A DNA stretch of 64,000 nucleotides from Eubacterium sp. (GCA_017614395.1 JAGABX010000039.1:982-64981), one strand, 5' to 3'; counted from the stretch's first letter, positions 55,068-64,000 are shown. Program-made: numbers and translations. Notes: generated by a model not told the origin, from the letters alone.

Positions 55068-56372
55068 ATGAACAGAGAAGTCGGAATGGAAATAACAATA
55101 GGAGAGCTGATGCGCGTAGTTCTCCGGCATTGGGTGGTTTTAGCTGTTGCTGCGATTCTGTGTGCTGCTGCAGGGGGCGCATTCGGATATCTGCGCGGTT
55201 CGTCACAGGCAGGATCTCAGGAGGAGACGACACAAACCGAGGCACAGGAACAGGAATGGTATGATGAGAATCTGGAGATGACCGGTGAGTATTCACCGCT
55301 GGCCAAGGAGGCAATGGTCAAGTTTCGCCGGGAGTGGCTGCGTCTCGGAACGGTTTTTCGTGATCACCCGTTGATGAAGCTCGATGCCGGAGCATGTGAG
55401 TGGGAGAATATTGTCATCCAATTTGAAAATGGCAGCGGAAACCACAAAGGATTAGTTTCGGGATGGATACAGTCGGCGGATGAAAAATTGGTTTTCGGCT
55501 CTGAATCGGACAAATTGGCGAGGTACAAAAGTGATCTGCTGGATATTGATGATCAGGAGGGAGAAACCACTGTCCAAGCAATTGCGGTTGACGGCTGGGA
55601 TATAGAAAGCGCAGCGTCATACCTGAAAAACTGGTTCGCAGAGCAGGCAGACAAGGACGGGATCCAGGTGGACGGCATTGTCGTAACTCATTGTAGCGGA
55701 CATCTGAAGAAGATAGAGGAATACCGCGTTAACCTGAGCAATATGATGACTCTCATGATGGGTTCCATAACAAACGTGAACAGCATAGCCGCGGCGTTTC
55801 CTATGCCGGTTCCTCCGACAGCTACGGGAGGCAGCGGTATCAGTATCAAATCCGTAATAAAATATGTGATTGCCGGATTTGTACTCGGATTGATACTGGG
55901 ATTTTGCATCGTAATGTTTCGCCTGCTCAGACGCGGCTGCATTATCAGTCGCAGGCAGGTGGAGTCAACATTTGGACTCGAGCTTTTGGGAGATCTTTCC
56001 GGGGGCAGCAGCGGTTCGCGTAATCCGGATGGATCAGGCAGGACAGGAGGTTCAACCGGAACATCTCCGGTTGCTGTTGTTAATGCGAACCTGGATCTGA
56101 TGATCGGCGGTGACGGTGGAGTAATGCTGATCGGTGTCGGAGAAAAAGTAGATGCTGTATCGGTCGCCTCCGCACTGAGTTCGGGATCCTCACATGAGGT
56201 TGTCGTCGGTGTTGATTTAATAGATGACGCCACGACGATTGACAGATTGCAGGGTGTAGACGGCATCATGATCGGTATTCGGATCGGAGAGTCACGCGTT
56301 GCGGATATAAACCGTCTGATGTTGCGCGCCGGGACACTCGGAAAGAATGTTTTGGGGTGGGTAGCTGTGTGA
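55068..56372 (+). CDS. Wzz/CpsC-like chain-length-determinant protein fused to a short, degenerate BY-kinase-like tail
   Basis: TM1 is WVVLAVAAILCAAAGGAFGY. TM2 is VIAGFVLGLILGFCIVMF, followed by RRQVESTFGLELLGDL. The tail has DGIMIGIRIGESRVADINRLMLRAGTLGKNVLGWV but no GxxxxGK[ST] P-loop. Confidence 0.65.
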   Translation: MNREVGMEITIGELMRVVLRHWVVLAVAAILCAAAGGAFGYLRGSSQAGSQEETTQTEAQEQEWYDENLEMTGEYSPLAKEAMVKFRREWLRLGTVFRDHPLMKLDAGACEWENIVIQFENGSGNHKGLVSGWIQSADEKLVFGSESDKLARYKSDLLDIDDQEGETTVQAIAVDGWDIESAASYLKNWFAEQADKDGIQVDGIVVTHCSGHLKKIEEYRVNLSNMMTLMMGSITNVNSIAAAFPMPVPPTATGGSGISIKSVIKYVIAGFVLGLILGFCIVMFRLLRRGCIISRRQVESTFGLELLGDLSGGSSGSRNPDGSGRTGGSTGTSPVAVVNANLDLMIGGDGGVMLIGVGEKVDAVSVASALSSGSSHEVVVGVDLIDDATTIDRLQGVDGIMIGIRIGESRVADINRLMLRAGTLGKNVLGWVAV

Positions 56373-56496
56373 TGAGCGGCCGGTTTCAGCACCGCCAGGA
56401 GTTGCAGCGGAATTCTGTTGTTTCGCAGCCGGTGCGTGAAACGAAAGAACAAAGTGTTACCATTAACCTGTTAGCGTATTAAGGGGGGAGTCGGAT

Positions 56497-58302
56497 ATGA
56501 GGAGATTATATCGTGTAAAAAGATACCGGATTGTGTTCCTGGTTCTGGTTTTATTCCTGGCGATCGGGGGAGTGCTGCCGTCAACGATGCCGGAGGTTAC
56601 GTATGCGACGCTTACTCCGGATGCTAACGGCAATTATCCACTCTCATTACCTGCAGATATTTATGAGATGACCGATATGATATTAGGTAGTAACGCCAAT
56701 GCGTCTCATTATACTGGTCCCGATTATTCCGGGTCGGGTAACAGTAGTGCCAATTTTATAATGACAAACGACATAAATATGAATGGCTCCGGTCCAAACT
56801 GGGGCTCAAACTCTCCTTCATACAGTGGAACTTTCGATGGTGGCGGATATACGATCAGTAATTATGTTGTAGGTGGAAGCAATTTTGACCAATCTACAGC
56901 AAATTTCGGCTTTTTCCCATCTACAAGCAGTGCTACCATTCAAAACGTGACATTTCAGAACAGCAGCGTTACATCAGAGATATTGGATAATTATTCAAAC
57001 GTAGGTGTGGTCGCCGGTTCAATGACCAATACGACGGTCAACAACGTTAGTGTAGTGAATTCACAGGTTGTGCTGAATAACGATAATAATAACCGCACAA
57101 TTGAAAATGCGGGATTGTTGGCCGGCAATATAACCGGAGGCACAATAAACAATCTGAGTATATCCGGATCTGAGATTAAAGATAATTCCGACCAAAAAAT
57201 TATTAATAATGTCGGCGTGGTTGCCGGCTCCATGAACGGAACCTCGATTCAGAACAGTACATATTCAGGAAATACCATCAATATTGCTCCTGCTCATCAG
57301 GGAACCAATGTAGGCGATGGGAATTCCCTGGCCGGTCAGGCAACAAATGTAACTGTAGATGGCGTATCGCAAAACAGCGGCGACACATCTTCCGGCTCTT
57401 CCGGAGCGGAGCCCGAGGAGGAACCGGCAGCTACAGCCATTCCGACCGCTGAACCCGTTATAGTTCCCACGCCTGAGCCGACGGAGACTCCCAAGCCATC
57501 AGCCACGCCACTGCCTAAGGGCGAAACACTCAGGCAGGACGGAAATGAATTCCGCACGTTAGGCGGAACCAAGGTGGGTTATGCCGGAACAGCTGAGGAT
57601 GAGGTCAAGGTCATAATCCCGGACACCGTGGAGGATGAAAACGGTATCGAGTACCGGGTTACCAGAATACTGAAAAACGCCTTCAAAGGCGAGGAAACAC
57701 TGAAAGAGGTCACATTCGGCCAGTACATAGAGGTGGTGGAGTCATCGGCATTTAAAAACTGTACCGCATTGACCAGGATGCAGACATCACCGGTGCTTCG
57801 CATCATCGAGAAGGAGGCCTTTTTAAACTGTAAACGCCTGAAGGATGCGAGGCTCGCCCCAACGATAGTATCAATCGGTGACCGCGCTTTCAAAAACTGC
57901 CAGGCCATACGCGAGATCATCATAGGTGATGAGTCAATCAAAGCACCGGATATGGAGTTAGCCGGGGCGGAAAAAGACTTCGTGATCTATGACGACTACA
58001 ATTCGGAGAAACTCGACACCATAAACATCACGATCGGTGCTAATGTTTTTTCGAGCTGTCAGAATCTCCGACGCGTAGTGATCAATATCCAGGTGACAGT
58101 GATCGGAAATTCTGCCTTTTCCAACTGCACTAAACTGACCGCTATCGAGGTCTACTCCAAGGTTCTGCAAACCGTCGGCGACCAGGCGCTGAAGGGCGTC
58201 CACGACTGCCGGATCTCAGTAGTGAAGGTTCGTCTGAAAAAGTACAAAAAACTGTTCAAAAACCGCGGACAGGGGAAAAAGGTTGTTGTCGCGAAGATGT
58301 AG
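56497..58302 (+). CDS. Secreted surface protein with GLUG-motif repeats, Pro/Thr/Glu linker and BspA-type leucine-rich repeats
   Basis: Signal peptide. GLUG-like repeats are present (NVGVVAGSM, NAGLLAGNITGG). The LRR units have SSAFKNCTALTRM..., IGDRAFKNCQAI... and IGNSAFSNCTKL. Confidence 0.7.
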   Translation: MRRLYRVKRYRIVFLVLVLFLAIGGVLPSTMPEVTYATLTPDANGNYPLSLPADIYEMTDMILGSNANASHYTGPDYSGSGNSSANFIMTNDINMNGSGPNWGSNSPSYSGTFDGGGYTISNYVVGGSNFDQSTANFGFFPSTSSATIQNVTFQNSSVTSEILDNYSNVGVVAGSMTNTTVNNVSVVNSQVVLNNDNNNRTIENAGLLAGNITGGTINNLSISGSEIKDNSDQKIINNVGVVAGSMNGTSIQNSTYSGNTINIAPAHQGTNVGDGNSLAGQATNVTVDGVSQNSGDTSSGSSGAEPEEEPAATAIPTAEPVIVPTPEPTETPKPSATPLPKGETLRQDGNEFRTLGGTKVGYAGTAEDEVKVIIPDTVEDENGIEYRVTRILKNAFKGEETLKEVTFGQYIEVVESSAFKNCTALTRMQTSPVLRIIEKEAFLNCKRLKDARLAPTIVSIGDRAFKNCQAIREIIIGDESIKAPDMELAGAEKDFVIYDDYNSEKLDTINITIGANVFSSCQNLRRVVINIQVTVIGNSAFSNCTKLTAIEVYSKVLQTVGDQALKGVHDCRISVVKVRLKKYKKLFKNRGQGKKVVVAKM

Positions 58303-58313
58303 GAGGTTTCGGT

Positions 58314-58844
58314 TTGAATAAACCACGCGAGTCAGATGAAACAAACAGGTCATTTAACCAGGCATTGTCTAATTTTGTGTTTGGTGTAGCGAATCGAGAT
58401 CTGATCTGTCATTTGGCTGATCAGGGTTATTCCGTGCGTAGGATCAAGGAGGCTACGGATTATCCGGTATCTGTGGAGAAGATTGCCGAAACAGTCTGGG
58501 AGCATTATGTTGAAAAAGGCGTGCTACGTATGGAACGTCCGGAGGATGTTTCGGCAGGTAACATAAAAACAGAATTTGTAATGGACATCGGAAAATACGG
58601 ACGCAGAAGCTTCCGGCAGGTTGAGGTTATTTCTGCAGCTGATGATAACAGAGAGTACGCGGCAGTTGATATCGGCATATGGAAACGACATGAACCAAAA
58701 AAATATCAGGATTATTTGAATCGGCTGGATAGCAGAAAAAGAGATTATATTGACGGTCTCCCGTGGCCGGATGCGCGGGTTTATCATGAATTGAATTTAC
58801 AGTTTCGGGAGATTCTGGATATGTGGCAGGATCCCGACCGATAG
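58314..58844 (+). CDS. Hypothetical cytoplasmic protein
   Basis: The TTG start lies 7 nt after a perfect AGGAGG (58301-58306). I recognised no family. Confidence 0.5.
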   Translation: MNKPRESDETNRSFNQALSNFVFGVANRDLICHLADQGYSVRRIKEATDYPVSVEKIAETVWEHYVEKGVLRMERPEDVSAGNIKTEFVMDIGKYGRRSFRQVEVISAADDNREYAAVDIGIWKRHEPKKYQDYLNRLDSRKRDYIDGLPWPDARVYHELNLQFREILDMWQDPDR

Positions 58845-58950
58845 GAGCATGGAAACATTCATATTTAGGATAGAGTATCGGAAACTCTGTATTGTATGTG
58901 CATGATGAATCTTCAGTGTGTATATAATTAGCGAAGGGAGTGGATAGTTT

Positions 58951-60447
58951 ATGGCGGAAATCAACGAGACTCCCTCGGGACTGCGGACACATATTGCTTT
59001 TTTCGGAAAGGTCAATGCGGGAAAATCCTCGCTCATTAATGCTCTCTGTGGCCAGGAGGTTTCAATAGTATCAGCAGAGAAAGGAACCACGACAGATCCC
59101 GTATACAAGGCGGTTGAAATACAGCCGATAGGCCCGTGTCTGCTGATTGATACTGCGGGTTTTTCAGATGAAACAGTATTGTCTGAAAAAAGAATGGAAA
59201 AAACCCGTGAGGTAATCAAAAAAACAGATATTGCAGTTATTGTAATTGATGGATCCTCTGTCGGTCAGGCTGGTGGATTAACAGGTAATAATTGCACTAA
59301 AAAAAGCACCGAAAGAACTAATTCAGATGAAATAATCGAAAAAAATAAATCAGCAACAAAAACCGAACAGAACATAATAGATTTATCAGAAAGAATTATT
59401 TCAGAAGAAATAAAATTATTTAAGCAATTAAACAGCAATAATATTCCGGTAATATTTGCTATAAATTATGCGGATAAATATGCTGATAATTATATAGAAA
59501 AACATGCAGAAATACAAGTAGAAAAATATGTGGATAATTCAGAAAAAAATATTGTTGTCATGATCAACAGTATTATTGAAAAAAATGTATTAGAAACTGC
59601 ATCAATTGGCAGTTCGGCGGATTCATTTTCTGATAAAAATAAGAGCCTGTCAAATATATTGAGTAATCAATTCTGTATTCCTGTCAGCGCTGTTTCCGGC
59701 GAGGGAATAGAGGAACTTCGCGCCGCAATTATAAACGCAGCAAACTCATCAAACGAAAAAACAATAATCGGCGATCTCGTTAACGAGGGCGATTCTGTAT
59801 TGCTCGTTATGCCACAGGATAAACAGGCTCCGCGGGGACGTTTAATATTACCGCAGGTGACTACAGTTCGTGAGCTGCTCGACAAACACTGCATAGTCAC
59901 ATCTGTATCAACAGAGCAAATCGATGATGCTTTGAACAACATGAAAAAACCGCCGAAACTGATCATCACCGATTCGCAGGTTTTCGATATTGTATACGGG
60001 AAAAAGCCACCCGAGAGCATGCTGACGTCTTTTTCAATATTATATGCGGGATTGAAGGGCGATGTAAAAACCTACATCGAGGGCGCGCGAAGTATTGAAA
60101 ACCTGACGGCAGGTGCGCGGATACTCATAGCGGAGAGTTGTTCGCACGCGCCGATGGAGGAAGATATCGGCCGTGTGAAGATACCGGCGATGATTCAGAC
60201 ATCGATAGATATGACAGCAGATGACAATAAACAGCAGTCAGTTATATCGGTCGATGTCTGTGCCGGGTCCGATTTTCCCACAGATCTCAGCGACTACGAT
60301 CTGGTGATCCAGTGTGGCGGGTGCATGTCAAACCGACGCGCTATCATGTCGCGGATTGAGCAGGCGAGAGAGCAGGGCGTTCCGATTACGAATTACGGCA
60401 TCTGTATCGCATGGCTGAAGGGGATACTTGACAGTGTCATATTATAG
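58951..60447 (+). CDS. hydF: [FeFe]-hydrogenase H-cluster maturation GTPase HydF, with AT-rich in-frame insertions
   Basis: G1 GKVNAGKSS and G3 DTAG. The C-terminal cluster-binding motifs are ESCSHAP and QCGGCM. It is about 100 aa longer than my recollection of typical HydF. Confidence 0.85.
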   Translation: MAEINETPSGLRTHIAFFGKVNAGKSSLINALCGQEVSIVSAEKGTTTDPVYKAVEIQPIGPCLLIDTAGFSDETVLSEKRMEKTREVIKKTDIAVIVIDGSSVGQAGGLTGNNCTKKSTERTNSDEIIEKNKSATKTEQNIIDLSERIISEEIKLFKQLNSNNIPVIFAINYADKYADNYIEKHAEIQVEKYVDNSEKNIVVMINSIIEKNVLETASIGSSADSFSDKNKSLSNILSNQFCIPVSAVSGEGIEELRAAIINAANSSNEKTIIGDLVNEGDSVLLVMPQDKQAPRGRLILPQVTTVRELLDKHCIVTSVSTEQIDDALNNMKKPPKLIITDSQVFDIVYGKKPPESMLTSFSILYAGLKGDVKTYIEGARSIENLTAGARILIAESCSHAPMEEDIGRVKIPAMIQTSIDMTADDNKQQSVISVDVCAGSDFPTDLSDYDLVIQCGGCMSNRRAIMSRIEQAREQGVPITNYGICIAWLKGILDSVIL

Positions 60448-60460
60448 GAGGAGAGTTTCT

Positions 60461-61408
60461 ATGAAATTTACGAAAATGCATGGTACCGGAAACGACTATA
60501 TTTACATAAACCTTTTTCCGGGATATGATGACAGTGTAGATGCGACCTATGATGACAACGGTAAACTCCTGACGGTTGACGGACGACCGGTGGATGAGGT
60601 AGCGCGAGAGGTCAGCGACAGACATTTCGGAATCGGTTCGGACGGACTCATTGCAATCGCGCCGTCGGACATGGCAGATGCGAGGATGATAATGTTCAAT
60701 CTCGATGGCTCCGAGGGTGCGATGTGCGGGAACGGGATACGCTGTGTGGCGAAATACGTTTATGACAAGGGACTGGTAACAACAGACGTAATCAGTATAG
60801 AAACCGCCAGCGGTATCCGGGAGTTGGAATTAACTATCGAGGATGGCGTATGCAAATATGTGAGCGTAAATATGGGGCAGGCAATACTGACGCCGAAGGA
60901 TATTCCGGTGGATTTGTCCGAAATTAATTTGACCGGTATCAATAGTTCAGATAGTAAAGCGCCCGAACATGCGGTCTTCAGTGGTGATAAGATTGTGGAC
61001 TGTCCTCTGGATGTCGCCGGATCGACATATCGTGTTACTTGTGTATCAATGGGTAATCCCCACTGTGTAATCTTTACAGAAGGAATAGATGATCTTGACC
61101 TGGAAAAAGTCGGTCCACTTTTTGAGAAGAATAAAGCTTTTCCCGAACAGGTTAACACCGAATTCGTCGAGGTAGTTGATGATCACACGGTTCGTATGCG
61201 TGTATGGGAACGCGGCTCCGGTGAGACTATGTCCTGCGGAACAGGAACCTGTGCCGTGACGGTAGCCTCGGTACTGAACGGATATGTTAAACGAGGCACG
61301 GAGGTTGAGGTGCAGATACGGGGCGGAAAACTCTACGACACATGGCTCGAGTCCGGAGAAGTTCGGATGCGCGGCCCGGCTACGACGGTGTTTGTCGGGG
61401 AGTATTGA
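60461..61408 (+). CDS. dapF: Diaminopimelate epimerase
   Basis: MKFTKMHGTGNDYIY, the catalytic Cys motifs MCGNGIRC and SCGTG, and an AGGAGGAG Shine-Dalgarno site. Confidence 0.9.
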   Translation: MKFTKMHGTGNDYIYINLFPGYDDSVDATYDDNGKLLTVDGRPVDEVAREVSDRHFGIGSDGLIAIAPSDMADARMIMFNLDGSEGAMCGNGIRCVAKYVYDKGLVTTDVISIETASGIRELELTIEDGVCKYVSVNMGQAILTPKDIPVDLSEINLTGINSSDSKAPEHAVFSGDKIVDCPLDVAGSTYRVTCVSMGNPHCVIFTEGIDDLDLEKVGPLFEKNKAFPEQVNTEFVEVVDDHTVRMRVWERGSGETMSCGTGTCAVTVASVLNGYVKRGTEVEVQIRGGKLYDTWLESGEVRMRGPATTVFVGEY

Positions 61409-61463
61409 AGGGATGTAATATGAAATCGCTGAATGTAGCTTTTTTGTGTGAATGAATTCGTAC

Positions 61464-61524
61464 TTGACATATCTGCAATAATACCCTATACTAACTTTAG
61501 AGTTAGTAACCTTAAAGTTAGTAA
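61464..61524 (+). promoter_or_regulatory. Promoter with adjacent repeated half-sites upstream of the ATPase gene
   Basis: TTGACA (61464-61469), a 17-nt spacer, then TATACT (61487-61492). The palindrome ACTAACT-ttag-AGTTAGT lies at 61490-61507, and a further AGTTAGTAA follows about 15 nt downstream. Confidence 0.45.
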
Positions 61525-61538
61525 AAGGATGTGTCCAT

Positions 61539-62942
61539 ATGAAAAATGACAGATTTATCGGACGTGAGCGTGAATTATCTACATTGGAATCAATGCATAA
61601 TGAGGATTCTTTTCAAATGCTGATTCTTTATGGGCGCCGGCGTGTGGGGAAATCACGGCTGATCCGGGAGTTTCTAAAAGACAAACGCAGCATTTACTAC
61701 ATGGCGGTGGAAACTGATGTGGCTGACAATCTTCGTTCGTTCAGTGAGATTGTTTTTCGATCCCTGATGCTGGGCGATACGGCACCGGAGTTTCGGAGTT
61801 TTGAGGACGCGTTTTCCTTTATCGTTGCCAACATGGGAGAGGAGCGCCTGACCATCGTTATCGATGAGTTCCCATATCTTGCCATGGCGGACAAATCTAT
61901 ATTGTCGGTTATGCAACGGATTATTGATACGGTGCTCGGGGGTCAAAACATTTTTCTGATTCTGTGCGGTTCCTCTATCCGATTTATGGAGGAGGACGTT
62001 CTCGGTGAAAAAAGTCCCCTGTTTGGCAGGAGAACGGCCGCCATGGATCTGAAACCATTTGATTACATGGATAGTGCCAACTTTGTATCCGATTATTCCT
62101 ATGAACAAAAAGCAATCGTTTACGGTGTGACCGGCGGAGTAGCCAAATATCTCGAGCAGTTTAATGAAAAAGAATCTCTGGATTCCAATCTGAAACGCCT
62201 GTTTTTTTCAGAAGCAGGCTATATGGTGGATGAACCGATTAATCTCCTGAGGCAGGAATTTCGAAATATATCTACATACATGTCTATTATCGGAAGCATG
62301 GCAAACGGTGCTGTCAAGATGCATGAAATTTCGCAAAAAACCGGGGCTCAGACGGCGGCTCTTTCAAAATCTCTGTCGAATCTGTCAGCGGTACGCATAA
62401 TCAGCAAGTTCATTCCGATTCTGAATGAAAAAAGTAAAAACCAGTCGGGATATATCATTGAAGATTCTATGTTTTCCTTTTGGTATCGTTTTGTTCTACC
62501 TGGGAGAGACGCTATCGCGCTCGCGCACGGCGATGTGTTTTACGACATACAGGTAAAACCATACTTACATGATTTCATGGGAGCTGTTTTTGAAAAAATG
62601 TGTCGAGCCTATACATTGGAAAAAGGACTTACGGGACAGCTTGATACTTTGTTGACCTCGGTCGGAAAATGGGCCGGCGCAGACAAATTAAAGAAAACAC
62701 CGGCTGATATTGATGTGGTCGGGATCAACAAGGCTTCACGAGAGGCTGTGATTGGTGAGTGTAAATTCAAAAATAAAAAGCTTTCTACAGAGGATGCGAA
62801 AACATGTGTCGATCGCATTCGTTTGATTGAACCATACGATGTAAAAAGCATCCTTTTGTTTTCACTCGGTGGGTTTTCCAAAGGTGTTCCGGAGGTGGAT
62901 CCCCGCGTGACAACCGTGTCAATGGAGGAACTGTACAGGTGA
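61539..62942 (+). CDS. ATP-binding protein of the archaeal-type ATPase / DUF234 family
   Basis: FIGRERELSTL...LILYGRRRVGKSRL is the P-loop and VIDEFPYL is Walker B. The C-terminal DIDVVG...VIGECKF is a DUF234-type nuclease-like motif. Confidence 0.8.
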   Translation: MKNDRFIGRERELSTLESMHNEDSFQMLILYGRRRVGKSRLIREFLKDKRSIYYMAVETDVADNLRSFSEIVFRSLMLGDTAPEFRSFEDAFSFIVANMGEERLTIVIDEFPYLAMADKSILSVMQRIIDTVLGGQNIFLILCGSSIRFMEEDVLGEKSPLFGRRTAAMDLKPFDYMDSANFVSDYSYEQKAIVYGVTGGVAKYLEQFNEKESLDSNLKRLFFSEAGYMVDEPINLLRQEFRNISTYMSIIGSMANGAVKMHEISQKTGAQTAALSKSLSNLSAVRIISKFIPILNEKSKNQSGYIIEDSMFSFWYRFVLPGRDAIALAHGDVFYDIQVKPYLHDFMGAVFEKMCRAYTLEKGLTGQLDTLLTSVGKWAGADKLKKTPADIDVVGINKASREAVIGECKFKNKKLSTEDAKTCVDRIRLIEPYDVKSILLFSLGGFSKGVPEVDPRVTTVSMEELYR

Positions 62943-63158
62943 TTTTGCAAAAAAATACATCATCGAGAAATGTGAGGAAACCCGTCTGATAAGCGGGCAA
63001 CGGCCGGGCCAGCCAACTCTTAAACTAGCCGAGATTCTACGACCGGATGAAGAATTGCTGTCTCTTTATAATGTTAAGATAGCAAAAGATCATTTCATCT
63101 ATAGAGGATTGTAGGCATAACCAACAAACCCTATTTTTCAGAATTCTGAAGATCCCAG

Positions 63159-63216
63159 CCCCCATAATATAAGTGAAAGGTAAAAACCATCACTTATGTT
63201 ATGGGGGATTTTTTCT
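63159..63216 (+). terminator. Rho-independent terminator
   Basis: An 18-bp stem (CCCCCATAATATAAGTGA with TCACTTATGTTATGGGGG; 17 Watson-Crick pairs plus 1 GU), a 13-nt loop, then ATTTTTTCT. Confidence 0.6.
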
Positions 63217-63234
63217 CCCGGAATGGAGGAAACC

Positions 63235-64000
63235 ATGCGATATTACAAAATGATCATCGGAACCAATTCTGAAGAGCTTATGACAAACGCCGAGAGGATA
63301 CGGACAGAATCAAACATACGAATCGGAGGCTCCGGATACTATCCTACCCCTATCGAAGCAGTCAATGATTATCTATACCGGAATACGGAGAATCATGTGA
63401 CTTGCATTGTTTTTAAGGAGAAAGAGGGATGCTTTCATTCGGTCTTTTCTTATGATGAGCAGAAAACCGGTTTTCAGGCAGCATATGATTCGTTGGTCGG
63501 CCTGCTGAAGGAAACATTCTTTGTTAAACGAATGATAGGAGAACCGGTAGAGATCACGATGATAGAGTTTGTTGATCGCCTGCTGGAATCAAAACGAAGA
63601 TGGGGGTCCGGTTATACATCGCATATTGCTGATGAGGCTCATTGCTGGTATTATTACGCAGAAATGTCCAGAGATCCCGTGAATCTCCACTATGAGTATG
63701 AGGAAAGAATGATTGCTGATAGAGAGAATACGGAAAAAGCTATTTATGATCAGGGGTTTCGAAAGGAACTGAAAAATATTGAGACACATAAGAATACTCC
63801 TGAGTGCAAGGGAAATACGGTTCATTATATCATCTCCGGGCGAAGCATGGAGGCGGCGAGTGACATGACCGGTGCGCTGATGCATAGCCTTCTGAAGTCA
63901 CATCGTATCAGCACAAGGCGTATGGAGATCATCAGTGAAATCGAGCCGAGTGTTTTTATGCATACGAATCATATTGAAGATATGATAGAAAACAATTACG
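63235..64000 (+). CDS. Hypothetical protein, 3'-truncated by the window edge (absent from the ORF track because no stop is reached)
   Basis: The ATG at 63235 lies 4 nt after GGAGGA. I read frame 1 through to nt 64000 and found it open (MRYYKMIIGTNSEELMTNAERIRTE...). No family was recognised. Confidence 0.5.
   Translation, partial: MRYYKMIIGTNSEELMTNAERIRTESNIRIGGSGYYPTPIEAVNDYLYRNTENHVTCIVFKEKEGCFHSVFSYDEQKTGFQAAYDSLVGLLKETFFVKRMIGEPVEITMIEFVDRLLESKRRWGSGYTSHIADEAHCWYYYAEMSRDPVNLHYEYEERMIADRENTEKAIYDQGFRKELKNIETHKNTPECKGNTVHYIISGRSMEAASDMTGALMHSLLKSHRISTRRMEIISEIEPSVFMHTNHIEDMIENNY

Noticed and set aside
55688-56452. 254-aa minus-strand ORF opposite the Wzz-like gene
   Set aside because: It is antisense to a CDS with clear two-TM Wzz topology. 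Its Pro/Ser/Thr-rich translation looks like a shadow of the Gly/Ser-rich sense frame.
62941-63114. ATG-less open frame of about 57 codons after the ATPase gene, considered as a pseudogene
   Set aside because: It has no start codon and no Shine-Dalgarno site, and I can name no family. The evidence is too thin for a pseudogene call, so it is mentioned only as context in a finding.

Overview
The window is a chromosomal segment from a Firmicutes/Clostridia-like anaerobe. That placement is inferred from gene content: a butyryl-CoA:acetate CoA-transferase-type enzyme, HydF, ECF transporter modules, and sigma-A type promoters with strong GGAGG Shine-Dalgarno sites. No rRNA, tRNA, CRISPR array, transposase or integrase was seen.

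Layout:
- 1-17.7 kb, housekeeping and signalling: REC fragment, GGDEF-REC-GGDEF protein, fused FeoA-FeoB, DUF362, prmA, ilvBN, an amino-acid ABC transporter, a large InlB-B-repeat surface protein, and a CoA-transferase.
- 17.8-22.9 kb, a small accessory/defence-like island that is AT-rich in its right part: a short HipA-family kinase followed by an unusual multi-domain HTH partner, then a PD-(D/E)xK ORF convergent with a gamma-class N6-adenine methyltransferase.
- 23.0-29.7 kb: secreted alpha-toroid (prenyltransferase-like) and DUF4430 proteins coupled to a dedicated ECF transporter.
- 29.7-35.4 kb: a BrnT-type toxin pair, a hybrid histidine kinase plus REC-only regulator, and a Fic gene flanked by phased direct repeats.
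- 35.5-56.4 kb, a large surface-polysaccharide locus: FdtA/aminotransferase genes, a WbpA/B/D/E-like set, Wzx, Wzy-like, four glycosyltransferases, acyltransferases, and a Wzz-like protein with a vestigial kinase tail.
- 56.5-64 kb: a GLUG/LRR surface protein, hydF, dapF, a DUF234-type ATPase, and a 3'-truncated unknown ORF.

Most worth following up:
- The permuted HipT/HipS/HipB-like module, with a perfect palindromic operator in its promoter.
- A modular intergenic repeat family (54 nt identical between two loci) that always lies sense-oriented in 5' leaders.
- The split transcobalamin-like binder plus ECF cluster.
- A promoter-operator shared between the ECF and fic loci.

All functional calls rest on motif-level reading of the ORF translations. 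No database search was run.
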